From the NCBI GenBank assembly GCA_903813345.2, contig CAIIXF020000001.1, positions 3,100,001 through 3,164,000 on the forward strand: DNA of 64,000 nucleotides, read 5' to 3'. This DNA comes from Owenia fusiformis (taxonomy: Eukaryota). A program made the position numbers and the translations under genes. Below are positions 14,001 through 26,000 of the stretch, piece by piece; the first letter of the stretch is position 1, and every line of letters starts with the position of its first letter. The notes beneath the pieces are model-generated. The model saw nothing but the letters and a program-made list of their open reading frames with translations, was not told where the DNA came from and did no database searches.

Positions 14001-17000
14001 TGAAAGATGAACAGGTATTGCCCTCCATAGAATGAAATATTTGCTTAGTATTGTATTGTATTGTTTTGAGTGATAGGATATCACAAACCAACAAGTTTAT
14101 ATCAATATCAGAACAAGTGAATATAACTTTAACAATTAATATTGAGTCCAATGAACTGATTAAGATAATTTTTCCGTACCTGTTTCACAATGCTCACCAG
14201 TCCATCCTTTCTCACACACGCAGTTTACTCCATTTACTGCATCAATACATGTGCCGCCATTCTCGCAAGGTTTTGGACCACATTCATCAATATCTATAGT
14301 GGATAAAACGTCAAAGGGGTGATAAACCTAATGTCATATTGCCATGTGGGATTAAATTAATATATAAAAAACTTAGTCATAGCTTAAAATGATGTCCAGA
14401 ACTTCCCAATAATTTCAATTAAAGACAGCAACTCTAATAACATCTCAAAGAATCCCTTGTAAATTCAATTGTCCAAAGAATAATAGTATTTAGTGTATGT
14501 CTCAGAGAGTTCCAATGTAATTCATATTGCATAAATGCTTTCTCTGAACTTACCTGTTTCACAGTACATCCCTGTAAATCCTACTGGACAGTGACATTCA
14601 AAGCTGTCAGCCCCATCCACACAAGTAGCAAAGTTTCTGCAAGGTCTGGATAAGCATTCATCGATATCTGAAAATAAATATCTTAAGTCTTTATTCAGAT
14701 GTATAAAATATAAAAACATATGCAATACATTTCAAACTTTCCAAGATACGTTTGGTAAGGAAATAAATACGAGTATTGTAGCATTCCTGCATGAGATTCT
14801 TTAAGTTAGTCTTCCCACTGTCTACATATGAGAAGAGCAATAGATAATGGGACCCAGAGGCTTGATGCAAGACTGGATTTAGAAATGTAAAGCATACCTC
14901 TTTCACAGTCATACCCAACAAAACCTTTAGGGCAGTCACACTCATAAATGAGTAGTAGGTCACGACAGCTTCCACCATGGAAGCATGGATCACTAGCGCA
15001 ATAGTCAATATCTGAACAAAAGCAAATGGTGTTGAAGATTTATTAACTAGCAGTAAGGTAATCTTTAATTTCAAGATGTATTTATTCAAAATGATGTCAA
15101 GAGCTGAGACTAAATGGACCGATGGAGCAAATGGACCGATTTTCACACAAGCCTTTTATGTGAGCCGATTTAATGGATATAAGACACACTAATCACATTA
15201 ATCTTCTTACCTTCATCACAGGTATCCCCAGTGAACCCAGGCATACAGTCACATGAAAAGCTTGCTATCATATTATGACAGGTTCCACCATTCCTACATG
15301 GCTTCTCAGCACACTCATCAATATCTGCAATAAAAAGGACAACATAATTATTATGCTTTATTTTATGTTGTTTTGTGTTATACCTACATACGACCTTCTA
15401 CATTCTAGTCAATCTACTGATAGTCAATAGATAATTGAGAGAGAATTAAAAAGATATACATGGTTATTTCTGGTTTTGAAGATGACAGCCACTACATTTA
15501 CATTACTTATATGAAGATGTACCTTGTTCACAGTCCTTCCCTGCATAACCTGGCTGACAGGCGCATCTATAGTCCTTCTCCATATCTATACACGTTCCAT
15601 TATTCCTGCATGGATACGGGAAACAGTCATCCTCAAGATCTTAAATGAATGTGTGAACAAAAATGTATTCTCAGAAAACATATATAATATTACTATTTGA
15701 CATAATAATTGGCAAATAACAAATTGAAGACGCATTAACATGAAACTGTCACAATCTGGTATATAATTGAACATGAAAGTCATTCAGTTTGGCTACATGC
15801 AACAAAAGCCAACAATAACTGCTGATCACTGATTTCAAAAATGTTGGCTATAACAATATGCCTCAACTTCTTAAGTTTTACCATTTTCACACTGTGGTCC
15901 ACTGAATCCTTCTCTACATGCGCAGTAAAATCTATCCGGCAAATTCTCACAAGTTGCACCATTGAGGCATGGGTCACTTTCACACTCATCAATATCTAAT
16001 TTTGCAAAGAAAAGCTATCTACATATATCATTAAAACATTTTTATAGTAAAACAATATAAAAATTTAAAAAACGAGTCTTATCTGCTGTAATGCGAATGA
16101 TTATGAATACACACAATGACATTGATTAGCTACATGTATGTTTGAACTTATAATGAACATATTCACACACGCAATTAGCTTAACTGTCCTTAAGATTCCA
16201 GAGCGGATTATTAAAGGTCATATTGTTTATCTAACAGTAAAGATAACGTATACAGTATTTACCAATATTGCATGTTGATCCTAAAAACCCTTGAGTGCAA
16301 TTACAGGTGTATTTTCCTACGAGATCTATACAGGTGGCATTATTGAGACAAGGGCCTGAAGCACACTCATCAGTCTCTGTAAGAAAATGTGCATTCCTTC
16401 GAGTCATATATACAGATTTGTTATATCAGAGACCATTGTTAGTCTCAGGTTATATGTAATTTTTGATGTACCACATAATTAATTTGCTCCAAAAAACAAG
16501 AAATAGTCTGTGATCAAAACATTACTGACTGGGGGTTTTCATTGGACGAGCAAACCCTAAAATATGCTAAATGGAGAACAAATATACAAGACAATAAAAA
16601 ATAATTACATATTTAGGACCACAATCACAGAGACTATCCTTTTAAATAAGCAATACGAATGCATACCTGTTTCACAATTTTTGCCAGAGTACCCACGTGG
16701 GCAGCTGCAGCTATAGTCAGCAACCAAGTCCCTACACCTGGCACCTCTCTGGCATTTATTTGGTAGACAGTCATTAATATCTAAAATCAAATCAAAGTGT
16801 ATGTTCATTGAAGTCATATATCTCTCTATGTGTACAAAGCGAACAAAATAACAGCAGTGTCAGTATCGCCATGAAAGGTGGGTCGACATTCTTTTTCAAT
16901 ATGTTTGTAACGTTAATCGAGTATACGGACGAACACTAAAAGTTAATTATTTTTTCTTCATAAATCTACGAAAAACAATGATTATTCAGTGAGTGGTCCA

Positions 17001-20000
17001 TGATCACATGAGAACAAATATCATTGGAGACATGTGGCTTCGTAAATGAAATTGATGTTGAAATTACACATAGTCCTTTTAGTCCGTCGTGTGTTCATAT
17101 TCCCGTACGATTATTTATATTCTATAATTCATATTCGGACTTACTAGTTTCACAATGTTTTCCAGTGAACCCTTTAGGACATTGACAGGAGTAGCTCCCC
17201 GGTTTGCTCACACACGTGCCCTTATTTCTACACGGATTGGGTTTTCTCTTTCCAAAGGTATCCTGGGTACAAAGGTCGAGTGTGTCTATAGCTATAGCGA
17301 GAAATTAAAAATCGTTTTGGCTAAGACAAGTGCAGATACACGCATTTCAATATATCATCAATCTACCTAGTATATTATAACGTCTTTGATATACTGAAAG
17401 GTTTCAGAGTTTATTGGGGAATATATATTGAGCCATTTTGTAAAACTTATCCTACATAACTTGATATCAAAGCTTGGGTCTAAACGTCTATAGAATCGTA
17501 TAAGCAAAATAAATTTTTTTGTTTCTACCAATACAAGTTTACAAGTTCTAGTTTTGTCTCCTTTCTCAAGTTCTATCAAAGCACATTGGAACAAAACAGA
17601 TATCAAGATCCCAAACTCCTTTGGTATGTATGTGGTTAACACCCATGACAAAACCCTTGTAAGACAAGAAAGGGTTCTACTTACATATCTCACATGTTAG
17701 TCCTCCCCATTGTGATGTACATGTACACTTAAAGTTTCCTGGTAAATCTTCGCACTGACCACGATTTAGACATGGGTTGGGTGAGCATTCATTTAGAACA
17801 TCTATGATCATGGAATAACTTTTAGTGAATGTCATTACTATACTACTTAGAACAACGATAACCTTATAAAACAAGCTGCTATGGGGTAAAACTCATATTG
17901 AACAAAAAGTAGCAGTTTAAAACCCAACAATGTATAACAGTGAAACGGTTTTGAAAAGTGTAAAGGGGCATTACCTCGTTCACAGTGAGTACCAGAGACA
18001 CCTGGAGGACAAGTACAAGTATACCTGTTTATCCCATCAACACAGTCAGCATCATTTTGACATGGGTTGCTCTTACATTCATTGATATCTGAAAATTATG
18101 GAACCTGTTTTGTTAACGCAGACGTCAGGGTTCCAAACTAAAAAGGACCTTTGATGTTAAAAATACTAATTTTGGGAAAACGAAAATGCAGTTCATATTT
18201 TGAGTGTATTCTCTATACCATAGCAACTGAGAACCAACATACTGAAGTTACGTAGTATTTCTTTGACATATTAATTAAAATGTGACTTTTTGTTTATTTT
18301 GGATATGTATGTCTATTGATCTCATCTCATAGAGGCATCTTTGCGTGGCATCGTCGATATTTCTATTATAATACTCATGTTCTGTCAAAACGTCGAAATC
18401 AATGAGTACACTACACATTTTGCTCTAAATTTAAGTCGTAGACGTTTGTACAACGTGTTGAGATTGTCTGATTTCTACGAAGCTTTATAAGGGACATGAA
18501 TTTTTTCGGAATAAAGAATTTTCGTTTTTTTTATTATTTTTTTGATTTTTGAATAAGATTTTTTTATTCTATTTTTACCTCGGTGGAAATTAATTCCCAC
18601 CGCGGTGTAAATTAGGCGTGTCATGGCCTAATTTCCAGACGAAACAGACGGCCATGACAAAACAACCCAAGTAAAAAAATTCTAATTTAGACCTACTTTA
18701 GACCTAGTACCGCTCTAATGCCGCTCAAATCCTTCTAAATTACTGGGCGGCATTGGAACGGTATTAAAATCTGTTAATACCGACTAGTATAGCCGGTACT
18801 AGACTTATATTGCATCGGTGTTAAATCTGTTAATACCGACTAGTCGGTACTAGAGTTATATTACAGCGGTGTTAACTTATATTTAATCTTGTTGATACAG
18901 ACTGAGCGGTATAAGAGCGGTATTACGTTATAAAAAATTAGGACATCTATACTAGATCGGTGTTAAACTTCCCGCTCTTTTTAAACCAAAAGAAAATGGC
19001 TGACAAAGAATGTTCAACTGTAAGAGATTTGGGTAATTTCATGATTTTATAACAATAGTATGAAAATGACCAATCAAATATAGATTCAGAAGTTACTGAC
19101 ATACTTGAACATTCTGCATGTCTATTTTGTGAGGGGTAAAATGTAAGTATTGCTGTGTTATTCCAATTTAGATGGGCAAATCTTCTTTTCTTTGTGAATT
19201 TATCAAGGCCAAATTTTAATTCTATTCATTATACATACAGTCAAAGTGGTCAAGCATAAATGTGTTGTGTATGACCAATTGTACCATGCAGTAAATATAT
19301 AAGGTATTTTATAAAAACGTAAATACTGCTGGAGGCCTAGAGGTCCTTCAATAACTGTGAGCCTTCTTGCCTTCAGGACAATTCTGAATGGGTAAAATTA
19401 CCAGTGATGTAACATAATAATTGCTTATATATCATCTTACATACCCAGGGCCAACCTAAAATGAACAATTTGCGTTATATTTAAAAAAAATTGTGGTACT
19501 TTTACGGGAGATTTTTCCAAAATCTGGTAGTTTTTACGGGAGGTTTTTAAAAAAATTGGTAGTTTTTGTGGTAGATTTTTAAAAATCAGGAGTTTTTTAG
19601 GTAAATTTTGAAACAACTGGAGTTTTTATGGTGAAATAAAACAAAAAAGTGGATTATCTCCAGTTTTTTTCTAATAAAAGCAATAGTTTTTGCGGTAAAT
19701 TCTGCAAAAAGTGGTAGTTTTGCGGGAGATTTTTGACAAAATCTGTAGTTTTTGCGAGAATTTTGAAAAAACTTTGGACTTTGCATGTGAATTAATTAAT
19801 ACATGTAATAGGCCAGAACCAGATTTGGTCTTGAGCACTTCAGTACTACATCACTAAATAACAAACAGTCATTTGGAGCTTTTAGGTGTTCTATAGTTTG
19901 AGCTACTGCATGTCTGTTGACATACATCATATCATTATATTAATTTTGATCAGAAGGCAAAAGGCTGAAACAGAAGCATTGTCATAAGATCTGTGTTACT

Positions 20001-23000
20001 AGCTGTATTTAAATATGATATTGATTATTCCCATTATTCCCATTTCGCCCCTTCCCACTTCGCCCCTTCCCATTTTGCCTCTCATTTATTCCCATTTTGC
20101 CCCTTTCCCAATACGCCCTTTTCCCATCTCGCCCCTTCCCATTTTGCCCCTTTGCCATTTCACCCCTTTCCCATGTCCCATATCGCCCCTTTCCCTTATC
20201 GCCCCTTCCCATTTCGCCCCTTCCCATGTCGCCCCTTCCCATTTCGCCCATTCCCAGTTTAGATCAATAACAGGTTTTATTCAAATATTATTCAATTATT
20301 CAGGGGCAAAATGGGAAGGGTGAAATGGGAATAAATGAGGGGCGAAATGGGAAAGAGGACAATTGGGAAGGGGCGAAGGGGGAATGATAGGAGGCTGTGA
20401 TATCTCACGAAATGGGAAGGGGGCTGAATGGGACAGGGGTGAAATGGAAGAGGGGCAAAATGGGTAAGGGGCAATTTGGGAAAGGGGCGAAATGGGAAGG
20501 GAGAAAAGTGGGAAGGGGCGAAATGGGAAGACACCGGATTTTATCTGTATTTAATCAATATTGGAGCTGTACTAGAGCGGTATTAAATATCCCTGTCCAA
20601 TACCGATGCATCGGTATTTGATCGGTATTTGATCGGTACTTCGTCGGTACTTCATCGGTATTGGAGTTTCACTAAAGCCATATTAAATAGCATAGTCCTA
20701 TACCGGTGCATCGTTATTAGAGCTATATAAGATCGGTACTAGATCGGTACTAGGTCGGTATTTGGTCGGTATTTGGTTAAAGCTGATTGGCTGACAGGAC
20801 TTCTAAATTAGCTCATTTGCATGATAAATTTTAGAAGGATTTCATCGGTATTAGTTGGGTATTAGACAACTACATTAGGTCGGTATAAGGTCGGCATTTA
20901 ATATGCAACGTCCATTGGATTTTTTCACTTGGGAATGTCTAAATACCGAGACAAATTCGTGTTGTCTTATTTTAATGACGGGTTTACGTACAATAGGGTG
21001 GCTCAAAATAGTTTTTTTTTGGAAATGTTATGCTCCCTACGTGAATCGAGTTGCATTTTGGGGTAAATATCACCTGTGATTTTTTTCAAATTTTTTAGTC
21101 AACTTTTAGGGGTCCCCCACAGCCTCTAAAGTTTGCCCATAGGCTTAACATTAGTGGGTGTTGCCCAAAATTGTACTTTGTACAAGCTTTTTTTCTAGTG
21201 ATTTATTTATGTTGTTTGAAGAAAACCAACATTGTATATGATATGATTAGATGTTTAAATCATCATATTACACTGTTTCATCATGTTAATTAACTTATAT
21301 AAAAGGTTATACTTACAATGTCCTATTAACAAAATATCAGGTACATTCGACCAGTATAATTATTTGAACAAGTACAGTTTTAGAGAATCATGTCTCATAT
21401 ATGATTTGGTATTATCATTATAATGGTTTAAACTGTAAAAGGTATATTCATTCTTGACATTTAATGTTTTAAACATGGTTCAGATCAGCTTTTCTTATAT
21501 GTGACAATCTTCCTCTCTGATCTGAGTGTACAACACATACATTGTCACGGTGCGCCGCATCACGGGTCATTTGAGAGCATTCCTGTACCAGCTTCACTGC
21601 TTGTTCAGCTGGATCATTAACAGAATGCAGGTCTTGACAGAAATTCTATCACCAGTACGACCCTGATATAGCAAACGCAGCTCTTCACAGTGTAAGACAC
21701 CATCTATGGTACCTCTGCCCTGAATTAGTTGTTTTGTCCCTATTCGACGAATACATTGCCAGAGAGGAGAAGCAGGAGCTTGCTAAAGCACTGCTCAACA
21801 TCCCACGGCCTGTACAATTTGCAACTGGCAAACCAGTACAGCCTGACTACAACCCAGTTGCTGCTCACTTAGGCAATGTTAAACCATCACTAGCAATGTT
21901 TGTAACTGAGAGATCATGGCTCTTATTTCACCTCCTGGAATCAGGTCCAATTATATGGCTTCAAGAGAATCCAGCTGCATGGCATACATATCCAACTTAT
22001 ATTCAAACCCAGAATTTTTGAAGATTGTCACATATAAGAAAAGCTGATCTGAACCATGTTTAAAACATTAAATGTCAAGAATGAATATACCTTTTACAGT
22101 TTTTAGTTTTTATGGTTCATTTATTGAAATCATATATATATAATACATAAACAGGGCCTAGGCGAAAGCATTATTGGCCCTGTGAGAATACAACATACAA
22201 ATTATTACAGATGGCTTTTTGTTGAAACAACTGATTAAATGTTATAAATTGATAATTCAAATAATTTCCATTATTTTACAGAGAAAGTTAGTAAAAATCT
22301 TAAATACACAACCTTTGATTTTGTTATTCACTAAATTATCTCCAAACAAAAGTGTATTGGTCTTTTGTTCTAAAGTGCATCCAATTAAAAAGAAATGGTT
22401 CAGTTCTGGCATCACCCTAAGCTCCCCCCAAAGTTCTTCTCTTTCTTTAACTAACAGCGGGCAATTGAAGATAAGGTGTTTTGAAGTTTGTTCTCTGTAG
22501 CCACATAAGCATTTTGGACTTTCTACATCTCTAAAATTATGTAAGAAAAAATGGCCAGAGAAAATAAAATCACATCTAATACGATTTAAGAATATTTCAC
22601 TCTTTCGTAATAGTTCTAACTGAGATGTAGGTAATGGTAAATTTTTATCTTTAAGATGAGTTTTGACACTTCTCTTAAAACTAGCAAAACTTTTACTTTC
22701 TTTTTGATCAGTTGGGAGCTTTTCCCATAAACGTATTGCTCTAGTAACTGGGGATTTGGAAAAGGAGCCAATTGGCTTTGGGGCAGTAAAATGTCTAATC
22801 CTTCTAAGGTTCACATTTTGTACCGGATTTCTATGCTGGTCAAAAATTCTTTGAAGGTATGAGGGGACAGTCTTGTTTTTAACCTGGTACATTAACTTTA
22901 AATATTTTTCATCTGTTCTAGTAGGCAGTTCATTCCAATTCAATGATTTAAATAATTTAGTTTTTGAGGTTCCTTGGATACACCCACTTATTAATAAGGC

Positions 23001-26000
23001 AGCTCTATAATGCACCTGATCAAGTTTAGCAAGGTCATATTTAGTCGCTTTTTCAAATAAAATACTTCCATATTCCATTTTGGGGAGTATAAATGACAGA
23101 TACATTTTTTTCTAAATGTTTTGATCTTATTTTGTTTTTTAGAGCTTTCAAAGGATTTAACATTGTGTTACATTTATCAATAGTTTCTAGTATATGAGGC
23201 CTAAAAGATAAGTGTTCATCTAATATTATTCCTAAGTGTTTGTGGTCACTTGATCTGTTAATTTTTTCATTGCTTAAAAAGACAGGCGGGTGTTGAAGGT
23301 ATTTCCTTCTTGATCCCTTAAAAATAATTTCTACACTTTTTGAGGGTTTAAAAATTGACTTCCATTTAAGGGACCATTCTGAAAGTTTATCTATGTCAGA
23401 TTGAAAATTTCTGTGGAGATCAAAAATATTTTTGTTTCTGTCACAAGGAAAAAAGATGGAGCTGTCGTCAGCATAAAGATATAATTGGCTATGATTAAGA
23501 ACCTCATTAAGGTCATTTATGTACAGGAGGAAGCAAAGTGGTCCAATTATTGATCCTTGAGGTATTGAACTGTTGATAAAAGCATCTGGGGAACGTTCTG
23601 AGAACTCCCCATTTACTTTGACTTGGAGACATCTATTTGTCAAGTAAGACTTAATCAGGTTAATAATGGTATCAGAAAAACCATATGATTTTAACTTTTT
23701 TAACAGCAAATAATGCGGAACAGCGTCATACGCAGATTCTATATCTAAAAAATTCCTCTGACGTCACAGTTATTATCTATTTGCTCATCAATCATGTTTA
23801 CTATTGTTATTAATTGTTTTTCAGTACTATGACCCGGAAGAAACCCGGATTGATTTTGATAGATCAGATTGTTTTCAATGACATATTTGAACATATTGTT
23901 GTATATCAATCGTTCAAATATTTTTGAAACATTGTTTAACAGAGTAATTGGTCTGTAATTTTTGGGGTCACATTTGGAACCTTTATTTTTGAAAATTGGA
24001 ACGACAGTTCCTAGTTTCCAGGAACTTGGAAACGTGTTAAATTCTATAACTTTTTTGAAAAGATCAAATAATGGTTGGTCTATACTGTCGCAACACATTT
24101 TCAACATTTTATTTGTTATTCCGTCTGGTCCACCTTGCTTGGTAGTATTAAGGTCACACAAAATTTTATTAACATCTTGTTTTGAAAAGTCAATACTTTC
24201 TAAGATTTGATCTGTTTTTGATGGAATATTTGGAGAGTTAAGTTCATCAAAATTGTGATGGAATTTGGTCAGAAATTGTTGCAAAAGTAAATCTGCATTT
24301 TCTTTGTTGTTTTTTGCCAAAATGTCCGTTTTTGTCAACATAGGAATATCTGAACAAAACTTTTTACCAAGTAATTTCTTGATTGCGATCCAATAAAATT
24401 TACTATTTGATGAGTTTGCTTCCAAGTTAGTACAAATAGATTCATGATAGGACAATTTGGCTTTTGTGATTGCATTACTAACTACATCTGATTGGATTTT
24501 GAATTTTTCATAATTTTCAGTTGTGTGGTCAGTTTTTAGTTTCCTATAGAGCTTATCACGTTTATTAATTGAACTCTTGACTTCCTTTGTAAGCCAAGGC
24601 ATATCTTTGCTTTTTAAAACTTTTATTTTCCTGGGAATATGATCACTAAATATTGATAAAACAGTTGATGTAAAAATCTCAGTCATATTATCTATGTCTG
24701 TTAAAGCAAAGATGTTTTCCCAGTTATACTGAGATATTGCTCTATTAAGATGAAACACATTGCAATCCTGATATTGCCAAGTTGTTCTAACAGTATTTGA
24801 ATCAGTGTTTGCAGTTTTGAGATTTAGTTTGCTGTAAATGCAAGAATGGTCAGATCCTATAGGCGATTTAGTACAAGTTTCCAAGACATATCCTGGAGAG
24901 TCACAGAAAAATAAGTCCAAGCATGAACGACTATTTTTCACACATCTAGTTGGTTCTTTCACTAATTGAGAGAGAGAGTTCTCGACTGAAATATCATAAA
25001 GCCTTGTTCCTTCAGTGGTATTTATGTCTTTTTCCCACCAGTGGGTACTACGAGCATTAAAATCACCTGTACAGAATATCCCATCTGATTTAACTTTAGT
25101 CGCCTTATTTATATTATTGTTAAGGTAATTAAAATAGTTGTCGCGATTTCTGGCATTTTGTGATGGCGACCGATAGAATGTTCCATACAAAAAGGACTTA
25201 TTTTCAACAGTGACTTCAATCCACCGGCACTCGATATTTGGATCATTTAAATCATCTCTGACTTTAAATTTCAAAGAGTCCTTTATATAGACAATAATGC
25301 CACGACCTTTAGAATCATACAGTGACTGATCTAATTTATGAAAGCCTATTATATCATATTTTGATATATCTAATTTGTTACCAGTTTCACACAGACTCAC
25401 AATTGAAATATTTTCTTGTTTAACCAATAACTTAAGACTTTCAAACCTGTTTCCATTGTCGGCTGAGAGACTGTTAATATTTGTAAACAGAATATTCACA
25501 TTTTCGGTATAATTGTTTGGGCCTGGATTTGGTTTTATATCAAATGCTAATAGGAGAAGTTGTCTTAACACATCTTCATGAAATGCTAGATTTAGAAAAA
25601 TTGAACTTCCTGGTATTAATAGAAAACAACTCATTGTGAAAACAAACATGCATATAGACCTTGGATTAATTTGATGTTTTGAAGGTAATTGTACAACCCA
25701 GAGTGCTATCAATGGTGTTACAAAAGATAACATTTTTGCAATTATAAAGATGGCAAATAGTATTTCCAAATGCATATTTAAAAGCAAGTGTTGAAAGAAG
25801 CTACATATTAAGATTATAAGAGGAAGATTACAACAATTGCTGGAAATATGCAACATACTAATAATGAGCCAATTTGAAAATAATGTGTTCACTCTAGGGC
25901 TGTTTCCTATTTTGTTGACATGGTTAAATCCAAGATAATTAAATGCACCTATTCTTCCCCGCCAAAGGGTTAATTCAATGCACATCAAAGATGTAGTTTG

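Larger units (their letters stand above)
18666..20933. mobile_element. CMC/EnSpm-like non-autonomous element
   Basis: AA|CCCAAGTAAAAAAA...TTTTTTCACTTGGG|AA, 2-bp TSD, many subterminal CGGTAY repeats. Confidence 0.7.

Noticed and set aside
19993-20621. Repetitive Pro/Gly-rich ORFs (SHFAP, GRGEM, FPFRP)
   Set aside because: Translations of a 15-bp minisatellite, open in several frames on both strands.
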